A stretch of DNA of 18,951 bases from a virus: positions 1-18,951 of the IMG/VR virus record IMGVR_UViG_3300045988_141537; one strand, written 5' to 3'. Position 1 is the stretch's first letter. The number at the start of each line of letters is the position of its first letter. The notes below the pieces were generated by a model. The model was not told the DNA's origin and ran no database searches. It saw nothing but the letters and a program-made list of their open reading frames with translations. Made by a program: the position numbers and the translations under genes. This document shows, in pieces, positions 6,519-14,167 of this stretch.

Positions 6519-6803
6519 CTTCGAGTCAAGCTCTCGGCGAACGGCGGCCTCAAGCTCATCGTGCTGTCCGTCATGCAACCAAATACCTCTACGGGCTATA
6601 AGACGCAGGCAAGCGCAGTACACGCGGCCTGCGTCTTTTCTTCTGCGCACGGTGCTTCGCCACGTGGACACGAGGTGTTCGTCGCCGCACTTGTAAACGG
6701 AAACCTCCACGTCGCACTCCGCTCCCCGCCTGTCCGAATCGGCCTTCATGGTAACTGCCCATGCATGGTTTCCAAAACCGCCTTCCAAAATTATGCGCTC
6801 CAT
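6504..6803 (-). CDS. Orphan minus-strand protein, 4 Cys, Arg-rich centre, unknown function (99 aa)
   Basis: On the minus strand, AAAGGAG lies 6 nt upstream of ATG 6803. This is the only minus-strand gene between 260 and 17454. Its 3' end overlaps the endolysin 3' end by 15 nt. The competing track ORFs 6561..6878(+) and 6589..6909(-) lack an RBS. Confidence 0.65.
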   Translation of the reverse strand: MERIILEGGFGNHAWAVTMKADSDRRGAECDVEVSVYKCGDEHLVSTWRSTVRRRKDAGRVYCACLRLIARRGIWLHDGQHDELEAAVRRELDSKLALG

Positions 6804-6829
6804 GTTCTGCTCCTTTCATTTCAATCGAA

Positions 6830-6842
6830 ATTATGCCACAAT
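6830..6842. promoter_or_regulatory. Candidate back-to-back extended -10 boxes (divergent promoters)
   Basis: Core ATTATGcCACAAT. On the + strand it reads TG(6834-6835)-c-CACAAT(6837-6842). On the - strand it reads TGgCATAAT (complement of 6830-6838), about 27 nt upstream of the 99-aa gene ATG. No good -35 on either side. Confidence 0.3.
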
Positions 6843-6970
6843 GTAAGCGCTGGAGAAGTCCCGTTTCTCTGCCAGTAGCGTAATTCGGGACAGCGGGCCT
6901 TGCGGCCACCGAGGCGCGGTTTCAGGCTGGGGACTTTGAGCAGACTGCGGGTGACTTCCGAGCAACAAAA

Positions 6971-7011
6971 GACCTGAAACGGGAAGTCTCGCGACTGAAC
7001 CGTTTCAGGTC
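6971..7011. terminator. Long hairpin upstream of the late operon (terminator/attenuator or operator candidate)
   Basis: GACCTGAAACGG (6971-6982) pairs perfectly with CCGTTTCAGGTC (7000-7011). An inner 4-bp stem is AGTC/GACT (6985-6988 / 6993-6996). The flanks are AACAAAA on the left and GATTTAGTTT on the right. It ends 22 nt before ATG 7033. Confidence 0.45.
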
Positions 7012-7032
7012 GATTTAGTTTAGGAGGCAAGA

Positions 7033-7338
7033 ATGGATTTCGACGAGGTGCTCAAGCAGTACGACAACATCCACGACACCGACGGCATCCCCGGTTTCCG
7101 CGAGACGCTGGTGTCGTACGGCCAGAGCGTCGGGCAGATTTCCGAGGGAGCCAACGCCCGCATCAGCGAGCTTGAGACTGCTCTGGCTGCAGCGGAGGAG
7201 AAGGCAACGAACCTCGCTGCAAGGAACTACGAGCTTATCATCGCGGCGACCGCCCAGGAATCGGCGGAGGAGAAGCCGACCGATGAGATCACCGACGAGG
7301 ACAGGGACGTGAAGACCCTGTTCGGAAAGAAGGAATAA
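7033..7338 (+). CDS. Scaffolding protein (phi29 gp7-like by size, charge and position), 101 aa
   Basis: RBS TAGGAGG. Acidic, helical, about 100 aa, and directly upstream of the major capsid gene. Confidence 0.6.
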   Translation: MDFDEVLKQYDNIHDTDGIPGFRETLVSYGQSVGQISEGANARISELETALAAAEEKATNLAARNYELIIAATAQESAEEKPTDEITDEDRDVKTLFGKKE

Positions 7339-8826
7339 ATGGGAGATGCAATCCTGCATGCGGACAACGCCGCAATCATCAACAAGGTGCGCGCCAACGC
7401 GAGCCTCGAATACCAGTCGCGAATCCCCGCGGTAACGCAAGCCAACCTGTCCAAGACCTTCGCCACGCTGCAGGCGTACCAGCCGATGTGGAACGAGTTC
7501 ATGGACGTTCTCGTCAACCGAATCGCACTCACGCTGTTCAACCAGAACAGCTTCACGAACCGCCTGAAGCCGCTCAAGTCGGGCGCTATGAACTGCGGCG
7601 GCATGATTCAGGAGATCGGCGTGAACCTGCTGCACGCGGAGGCCTACGACCCGAACGACACCAACGTGTTCGGCGGAGAGAAAGCCGACGTCGAGGTGAA
7701 CTACCACCAGATCAACCGACGCGACAAGTACAAGATGCGTGTGAACAACGACCTTTTGGAGGAGGCGTTCCTGAACGACGGACAGCTCGCGGCGTTCGTG
7801 AACAACCTGCTGTCCCTCCCGCAGAAGTCCGACGAGTGGAACGAGTACATCATCATGCGCGGCCTGCTCAAGAAGTACCAGGAGGCGGACGGCTTCTTCA
7901 ACTACCAGGTGCCGAACCTGGGCACGTCCCAAGACCCCGAGGCCGACGGCAAGAAGATCACCGAGCTGCTCCGAGAGGTGTACCTCGATACCAAGGGCTT
8001 CTACCGCACCAAGTACAACGCGCTCGGCATGCAGGTAGCGCCCGAGGAGCTAATCCTTCTCGGAACTCCTAAGTTCTTCGCCAAGCTCGACGTGAACGTG
8101 CTCGCGGCGGCTTACCATATGGACAAGGCCGACTTCCTGGCCGACCGAACCATCGTGGTCGATGACTTCGAGATGCCCGGCACGCAGTGCATGTTCCTCG
8201 ACAGCGAGTGGTACAAGTGCATGGACACCAAGCTGAAGACCACGAACATGTACAACCCGTCTGCAGACGAGTGGACGTACTACCTGCACCACTGGGGCGT
8301 GTACTCCGCATCCCGCCAGCGCACGTGCATCCGCTTCTCGACCGACGCGACAACGGCCGTCATCGGACAGGCCCGCACGGTGACGGGAATCACGGCTGCT
8401 CTCGACCCGACGGTGGATGGAAACAAGGTGCTAGCACCCGGCGCGGACGTCGCGTTCAAGGTGAAGGTCTCCTATTCCGACGGCAGCTCCGACTCCAACG
8501 CCTACGCGATCATCACGACCGAGGACGCGACCGCGCCGACCAAGCTACCCGCGAACGTCGTGTACCCCGACACGGGAACCTACGTAGACCGCATGGGCGT
8601 GCTGCACGTGTCCGATACGGCCGCGTTCAACAACCTCACGGTAACCTGGGTTTCCACCATCGATGCTACCAAGCTCGCGTCCGTCAAGCTGACGGCGGCA
8701 AACAACGCCGCTGCCGCATCGTACGATGGCGGCGCTCGGGCAATGGACGATTCCGCATCGACACCGACCAAGGCCAAGGCGGTTTCCCGCGCGAAGGCCG
8801 TCAAGGCGGCAACCGAGGAAAAGTAA
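7339..8826 (+). CDS. Major capsid protein (phi29 gp8-like) with a C-terminal Ig-like domain and a Lys/Ala-rich tail, 495 aa
   Basis: Segments parallel phi29 gp8 from memory: NEFMDVLVNRIAL..NRLKPLK, YHQINRRDKY..LLEEAF, DVNVLAAAYHMDKADFL, WTYYLHHWGVYSASR. From about residue 348 (VTGITAALDP...) it resembles the BIG2-type domain. Confidence 0.9.
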   Translation: MGDAILHADNAAIINKVRANASLEYQSRIPAVTQANLSKTFATLQAYQPMWNEFMDVLVNRIALTLFNQNSFTNRLKPLKSGAMNCGGMIQEIGVNLLHAEAYDPNDTNVFGGEKADVEVNYHQINRRDKYKMRVNNDLLEEAFLNDGQLAAFVNNLLSLPQKSDEWNEYIIMRGLLKKYQEADGFFNYQVPNLGTSQDPEADGKKITELLREVYLDTKGFYRTKYNALGMQVAPEELILLGTPKFFAKLDVNVLAAAYHMDKADFLADRTIVVDDFEMPGTQCMFLDSEWYKCMDTKLKTTNMYNPSADEWTYYLHHWGVYSASRQRTCIRFSTDATTAVIGQARTVTGITAALDPTVDGNKVLAPGADVAFKVKVSYSDGSSDSNAYAIITTEDATAPTKLPANVVYPDTGTYVDRMGVLHVSDTAAFNNLTVTWVSTIDATKLASVKLTAANNAAAASYDGGARAMDDSASTPTKAKAVSRAKAVKAATEEK

Positions 8827-11034
8827 ATGGGCAACCTGCTGAAAAGACTTCGCGGCGAGAACCCCGAGCCACTCATCGAGGACTCGGGGTTCACCCCTTA
8901 TTCGTGGCCAACCGACTCGAAGGCCACGCTCTGCCGCGTGCCGTGGGACGCCGAATACCGCAACGTGGTGGACTGGCAAGACCAGCAGCACAAGGACAGC
9001 TACTTCTCATCGCTTAAATCCGACTCGTGCGAGTTGGGGTCTATGACGTACCTCAAGCCGAACGACCCGATTTTCGTGGACGTGCCGTTCTCGAAGGCCT
9101 ACAGCTACAACTACATAGTGGTCGAGAACCCCAAGCTGCCCGTGCCGGGCGAGGTGGAGCCGCGCAAGCTCTACTACTTCGTCACGGCGGTGGGCTACGT
9201 CGCGCCGAACACCACCTCGATCGCAGTGCAGCTCGATGTGTGGACGACCTACGGCGACACCGCCGAGTTCGGGCGTTGCTTCGTTGAGCGCGGGCACGTG
9301 GCGATAGCCGCAGAGGCGTCCGCAGACGCTGGCATCACCAAGCCGCAGAACCTTAGGCGCTACCTCACGGCGGCGGAGGGCCTCGACATCGGCAACGAGT
9401 ACGAGTCATCGCATCTGCAGAAAGTGCTCCGAGGAGGCGTCAACTGGTACGTGCTCATAACCGCCACGGTGGATTTGACTGCAGATTGGGGAAGCGCTGC
9501 AAGACCGTCGCTCACGGCGGCAAGCGGGCAGGTAACCGATAACATTCCAGAGGGCACCAACACCTATGCGATAATTGCGTCGGACTTGCCGGACTTCATG
9601 GGAGAGCTTAAGAGCTATCCGTGGATTGGCAAGGGCATAGTGTCGCTGCAGATTTTCAGCGACACCGTGCTGAAAGTAGACGGAAAGTTCACTTTGCAGG
9701 GAGGCGTGACCGCCTGGAAGACGTTGAGCACGCCAGACGATTCTTCCGTTGCTTACGTGGAAGACATCTATGGGCTGATATCCCAGGGGGTTCCCTATAG
9801 ATACAGGAACCTCAAGAAACTGCTATGCTACCCGTACTCGGTAATCGAGCTGAACAGCTACAACGGAAGCCCTCTTGTTCTGAAGCCGGAGCTGCTGAAC
9901 TACAACGACCACAGCAAAGGCTTCGATTACGTGGAGGACAGGAGCAAACCCGTCGGCCTCGACCTGCACTCTATGGCGTGCGCCGCGCCAGGGCACACCA
10001 AATGCGGCGTGTACCCTTGGAACTACGCGGCGAAGTGCCGCAATGACGGTTCAGTTACGGGGCATTTCGAGAAGGAGTACACAATCGACGGCGGGGAGAT
10101 AGAGAGGGTGGTTCCAAACGGCGGCTTCATCGACAACGCCGTCTGGTTCGAGGACTTCCCCAAGCTCACCATCGTGAACGACGAGTACGCCTTCTACCTG
10201 GCGAGCACGCAGCATACGAGGCAGTGGAGCTACGACTCGGCAGGCTGGCAGCAGGCGAAGAGCAACGCCTCTGCGAGCCTGAGCTACGACCAGGCGCAGC
10301 AGCAGATAGCCACGAACAGGGCGAACTGGAACGCATCGACGCAGGGCCTGCTGGGAAACGTGGCGGGCAACCTGGGTAACCTGGCGATGAGCGGTGCGAA
10401 CGCGCTGGGAATCGGTGCCGAGGTAAGCGGAGCGGCAGACTTCGCGAACGGCGTGCTCGGCACGGTCGCAGGCGCGATAGGCGCTACCGGCTGGGACAAC
10501 ATGCAGGACATCGTCAACAACCTCACGGGACTAACGGCGCTCAACAACACGCAGGCGATGCAGGGCAACATAGCCTCGCAGAACCTCGATTTGGCGCAAT
10601 GGGCGGCACAGGGAGACTACGAGAACGCGATCGCCAAGATAAACGCTACCGTCCAGGACGCGGCAGTGACTACGCCCTCCACGAACGGAACCGTCGGCGG
10701 AAGCGGCTTCAACTTCTCGAACGGCATCTCCGGCGTGTGGCTCAAGGTGAAGGGCATCGACCGAAACCACATGCACATCATCGGCGAGTATTGGCTAAGG
10801 TACGGCTACGCGGTGCGCGAGTTCATGGTGCCGCCAGCAGACCTCTGCTGCATGGAGCACTTCACCTACTGGAAGATGCTCGAGACGAGCGTGGAGTGCG
10901 CGCTGGCCGACGAGACGTCGAAGGAGACCATCCGAGGCATATTCGAGAAGGGCGTCACCGTTTGGAAGAGCGCCGACGAGATAACCACGTGGGACTTATC
11001 GGACAACGACCCGATTTTGGGCGAATACTACTAA
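8827..11034 (+). CDS. Tail knob / distal tube protein (phi29 gp9-like), 735 aa
   Basis: Parallels to phi29 gp9 from memory: VPWDAEYRNV; YNYIVVENP..YYFVTAV..VQLDVWTTY; LLCYPYSVIELNSYNG; C-terminal EYWLRYGYAV...IRGIFEKGVTVW. Carries a Gly/Ala/Asn-rich hydrophobic loop at about residues 506-556. Confidence 0.88.
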   Translation: MGNLLKRLRGENPEPLIEDSGFTPYSWPTDSKATLCRVPWDAEYRNVVDWQDQQHKDSYFSSLKSDSCELGSMTYLKPNDPIFVDVPFSKAYSYNYIVVENPKLPVPGEVEPRKLYYFVTAVGYVAPNTTSIAVQLDVWTTYGDTAEFGRCFVERGHVAIAAEASADAGITKPQNLRRYLTAAEGLDIGNEYESSHLQKVLRGGVNWYVLITATVDLTADWGSAARPSLTAASGQVTDNIPEGTNTYAIIASDLPDFMGELKSYPWIGKGIVSLQIFSDTVLKVDGKFTLQGGVTAWKTLSTPDDSSVAYVEDIYGLISQGVPYRYRNLKKLLCYPYSVIELNSYNGSPLVLKPELLNYNDHSKGFDYVEDRSKPVGLDLHSMACAAPGHTKCGVYPWNYAAKCRNDGSVTGHFEKEYTIDGGEIERVVPNGGFIDNAVWFEDFPKLTIVNDEYAFYLASTQHTRQWSYDSAGWQQAKSNASASLSYDQAQQQIATNRANWNASTQGLLGNVAGNLGNLAMSGANALGIGAEVSGAADFANGVLGTVAGAIGATGWDNMQDIVNNLTGLTALNNTQAMQGNIASQNLDLAQWAAQGDYENAIAKINATVQDAAVTTPSTNGTVGGSGFNFSNGISGVWLKVKGIDRNHMHIIGEYWLRYGYAVREFMVPPADLCCMEHFTYWKMLETSVECALADETSKETIRGIFEKGVTVWKSADEITTWDLSDNDPILGEYY

Positions 11035-11046
11035 GGAGGTGCAGCT

Positions 11047-12078
11047 TTGAGCAAGGCAATCAAGCAGTGCGAGCTTGTGGACTGGCCCGACGAGATGGAC
11101 CAGATGTACGGGCGCAACTGGGTGAGAAAGATGTTCACCGCATCCGAGCGGTTCGACCTGATGCAGTACCGACACTGGCTCTGGTACCTTGAATCGCTGG
11201 CAATCGGCGCTTTCAAATGGAGCAACGTCCCCGCTGGAATCGACGCGAGGGCGATAGAGTACATCCTGCTGCACTTCGGGCAGGGCGCTTTGTTCATGGA
11301 CGAGGGCGGCATGCTGTTCGCGGCCGCAGCGCCCGCTGACAACATCAACATGTACTGGAACCCGAACAAGATCATGCTCACCGCTCCGAACGGCCAGACA
11401 TGGGAGCGCCATTGCGAGAGCTGGGTGCTTGCCGACGGAGACGGCGGTCACCGCGTCATGCCACGCGACGCCGTCATGTGCTTCGACAACATGCGGCGTT
11501 TTCCGCTCTATGCGGACATCAGGAACTACGCAAGGCGACTCGCGAGAATCGACGCGATCCTCGACGTGAACCACGGAGCGCAGAGAACGCCGTACATCGT
11601 CACGGGCAGCGAGGAGGGCAGGAACTCACGCCGCGACGTCATCAGGAAGCTGGAGAGCAACGACCAGTACATCCAGATGAACAGCGAGCTTTCTGGCAAC
11701 TTAGGGATGGTTGACGTGTTGCAGACCGTCGCTCCGTACGTGGCCGACAAGCTGCTGTCGGACAAGCAGAAGATTCTCAACGAGGCCGTTACCATGCTTG
11801 GAATCGACAACACCAACAACGAGAAGCGCGAGCGCATGATAGACGCCGAGGCTACGTCCAACAACGAGCAGATCATGGTCATGCGCAGGAACCGCCTTGA
11901 GGAGCGCAGGAAGTTCTGCATCAAGGCGAACACCATCTTCCAAGACCTCGACATGTGGGTAGAATGGGGCGTTCCGCACGAGCGCACGGACATCGACGCG
12001 AAGCCCCTAGGCGGCAAGCAGTCGGAAGACGGCGAATCAGAGCCGAAGGGCGGCAGCGCCCCCTACGGGAGGCGATGA
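11047..12078 (+). CDS. Portal / upper collar connector (phi29 gp10-like), 343 aa, TTG start
   Basis: AAGGAGG (11033-11039) lies 7 nt upstream of TTG 11047. WLWYLESLAIGAFKWSNVP, VNHGAQRTPYIV and APYVADKL..GIDNTNNEKRERMIDAEATSNNEQI match the gp10 connector pattern. The first in-frame ATG is at 11095. Confidence 0.92.
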   Translation: MSKAIKQCELVDWPDEMDQMYGRNWVRKMFTASERFDLMQYRHWLWYLESLAIGAFKWSNVPAGIDARAIEYILLHFGQGALFMDEGGMLFAAAAPADNINMYWNPNKIMLTAPNGQTWERHCESWVLADGDGGHRVMPRDAVMCFDNMRRFPLYADIRNYARRLARIDAILDVNHGAQRTPYIVTGSEEGRNSRRDVIRKLESNDQYIQMNSELSGNLGMVDVLQTVAPYVADKLLSDKQKILNEAVTMLGIDNTNNEKRERMIDAEATSNNEQIMVMRRNRLEERRKFCIKANTIFQDLDMWVEWGVPHERTDIDAKPLGGKQSEDGESEPKGGSAPYGRR

Positions 12079-12081
12079 GGA

Positions 12082-12645
12082 ATGATATACAGCGACGAGG
12101 CACCGACCCTGTACGACGTCGTGAACCTCTACGGAGAGGACTACGCGGGAGCTATGGCCGACTACCCGATATGGGACGAATCGAAGAGGGCGTGGCTCAA
12201 CAACCGCATCTACGAGAAGTTCGCGTTCAGGGAGATAGGCGTTGACACGCCCGCGAAGTTCCTATTCTTCCTGCGCCGCCGCATGCACGACATGATGCCG
12301 ACCGTGAACCCGATGTTCGCGGCGTTGGAGGACGTGGACATCTTGGAAGGGTACGAGACGTTCGACGACGTGTCCGCAGACTCGAAATCGAGCGCCGAGC
12401 AGGCCAACCTTTACTCGGCGACGCCGCAGACGCAGCTATCGAACGCGAAGAACTACGCGACGAACCTCACGCAGACGGAGGGCGAGAACACGGGCGAGAG
12501 CACGCAGAAGGCTCGCCACTACGGGCGGAGCGGAACCGTCGGCGACATGGTGGGCAACTGGGCGATGAGCGTGAACAACGCGCTCTACATCGTCTACAAT
12601 GGCATCGAGCCTTTGTTCAACCAGATATGGAAGGAGGACTTCTAA
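12082..12645 (+). CDS. Putative lower collar / head-tail connector protein (187 aa)
   Basis: Lies immediately after the portal gene, as gene 11 does in phi29. Sequence-level support is weak. Confidence 0.5.
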   Translation: MIYSDEAPTLYDVVNLYGEDYAGAMADYPIWDESKRAWLNNRIYEKFAFREIGVDTPAKFLFFLRRRMHDMMPTVNPMFAALEDVDILEGYETFDDVSADSKSSAEQANLYSATPQTQLSNAKNYATNLTQTEGENTGESTQKARHYGRSGTVGDMVGNWAMSVNNALYIVYNGIEPLFNQIWKEDF

Positions 12646-13251
12646 ATGGCACTTTGGCAAGACAAGTGCAACCGCCTTGACTTCGCGTACCGAGGGTACC
12701 AGTACCCCGTGCCGCCGTCCTGGAAGTACGCGGTGCGCCTCGAAGACCAGATCCAATGGCTGCTGCAGGCAATCCTCAAAGCGGCGGACGAGGCCGTGTC
12801 GGCAGGCGACCTGATGGACTTCAGAAACGAGATGTACGATTTCATCGACCGCGTGGCGGCGGCGCTTGAAGAGGAAATCGAGGAGTATTCGCAGCGGCGC
12901 GCCTGGTGCTACTCTCCAGTAGACGGTGCGCTTCGCCCTATGGGCGTGGTCGCCCGCCAAGTCTACGATGCGGCGCGCCCGCTCGCGATGAGGTACAGGG
13001 AGTTCGACGGAATCGGCATGACCTACGACGCGCTCAAGGCAGAGGGCAGGAAGTACAACGACGTTGACTTCCACAGCAACCTGTACTGGGGCAACGGGAA
13101 CCTGTTGGCGAACACCACGCCCGCCGAGGCGATTTCAGACCCCGTAGCTGGGGAGCCGGGCGCGTGGAACCCGACGGGCGGAGGTTACTCGAAGGGAACC
13201 ACCTACTCGCAGATAAACGAGAACGGGTTAATGTACCGGAAGGAGGCGTGA
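12646..13251 (+). CDS. Tail-associated structural protein, unknown role (201 aa)
   Basis: RBS GGAAGGAGG. Tightly packed inside the tail module. No family recognised. Confidence 0.6.
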   Translation: MALWQDKCNRLDFAYRGYQYPVPPSWKYAVRLEDQIQWLLQAILKAADEAVSAGDLMDFRNEMYDFIDRVAAALEEEIEEYSQRRAWCYSPVDGALRPMGVVARQVYDAARPLAMRYREFDGIGMTYDALKAEGRKYNDVDFHSNLYWGNGNLLANTTPAEAISDPVAGEPGAWNPTGGGYSKGTTYSQINENGLMYRKEA

Positions 13252-13252
13252 C

Positions 13253-13465
13253 ATGGCACTGCCTACTTTCGAGTACGACAGGCGAATCGATATCGTGGAG
13301 GCACTGAACGAGCTTTCAACTGCAGCCAATGCGGCCATCGAAGCGGGAGGCGGCGGCACGGGCGGCGGAGTTGCGCGGGCGGACGTAATCGACATCGTGA
13401 AGCAGGCGCTGCAATCGGCCGTCCTCACCGACAACGGGACGCTGCAGTTCACGTTGCCCGACTAG
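13253..13465 (+). CDS. Small fibre-anchor-like protein (70 aa)
   Basis: RBS GGAAGGAGG. ALPTFEYDRRIDIVEALNELSTAANAAIEAGGGG is paralogous to the N-terminus of the 291-aa fibre (SLPTISGEEVIDIVGDMNALANATDAALKKVEQGG). Confidence 0.6.
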   Translation: MALPTFEYDRRIDIVEALNELSTAANAAIEAGGGGTGGGVARADVIDIVKQALQSAVLTDNGTLQFTLPD

Positions 13466-13479
13466 AGAAGAAGAATTAA

Positions 13480-14157
13480 ATGGCAGAAACAGTGGCAACC
13501 AATGTGGGCGCGGCCAGCAAGACCGCGTTCGGCACCGTCAAAATCGGAAACGGCCTTCATGTCAACCCGTCCACTGGCATGGTTGAGGTTCCTGTGGACA
13601 CGGCGGCTGGCTTGGGATACGGCAGCAACGGGCTGGAAGTGGAGGTGGACGGCTCCACAATCGACTTCAATTCGGCTGGGCAGCTTACGGCTTTGGGAGG
13701 AGGGTTTACACCGTTCACAATAGCCGATGTGGCCGCGACTGGAACCGGTTCTAAAATCGGCAGATGGACTCTATACAATCCAGCTTACAACAATGGACTT
13801 CGAAGAACAGTTGCAGGTTTCGTAGGAGAAGATTGGATTTACCTTATAGGAACCACTGTTGATAAGGTTACTGGAAACACCACCAGTTCTGAACTGGTGA
13901 ACGTCTCATACGATGACCCTATTAGGGTTCCGTATGTAAACGGCATGCTAGTATCAAGCTCCCCCACAAAATTAACGTGCGTGCCAGTATCATACGTAGC
14001 ATCAACCTCGCAGGCTGGCAATACGTTGTTGAAAGCTACGTATTCGAGTAATCAGGCTCTGTTGATTCTAAGCACGTGTAGCGCAATGCCTAATTTTGCA
14101 CCTGATAATAAGCTTAATTTCTACTGCAAACTTAATATTCTAATCACAGTCAAATAA
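13480..14157 (+). CDS. Tail fibre / receptor-binding protein with a low-GC distal domain (225 aa)
   Basis: The N-terminal TAFGTVKIGNGLHVNPSTGMVEVP motif is shared with the next fibre gene. The 3' two thirds (about 13700-14157) drop to 28-43% G+C in hand-counted 60-nt windows. Confidence 0.7.
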   Translation: MAETVATNVGAASKTAFGTVKIGNGLHVNPSTGMVEVPVDTAAGLGYGSNGLEVEVDGSTIDFNSAGQLTALGGGFTPFTIADVAATGTGSKIGRWTLYNPAYNNGLRRTVAGFVGEDWIYLIGTTVDKVTGNTTSSELVNVSYDDPIRVPYVNGMLVSSSPTKLTCVPVSYVASTSQAGNTLLKATYSSNQALLILSTCSAMPNFAPDNKLNFYCKLNILITVK

Positions 14158-14167
14158 AGGGGTAACC

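Noticed and set aside
6561-6909. Track ORFs 6561..6878 (+) and 6589..6909 (-) in the central region
   Set aside because: Neither has an RBS, and both have implausible composition. The 6504..6803 minus-strand frame has AAAGGAG 6 nt from its ATG.
7015-7932. 305-aa minus-strand ORF, the longest antisense ORF in the track
   Set aside because: It lies entirely antisense to the scaffold and capsid genes, which have clear homology and RBSs. It has no RBS, and its V/L/R/H-rich composition is typical of antisense frames in GC-rich coding DNA.
10996-13074. Long minus-strand ORFs 10996..11574, 11526..12017 and 12436..13074
   Set aside because: They are antisense to the portal, collar and tail genes, have no RBS, and would break a tightly packed co-directional operon.
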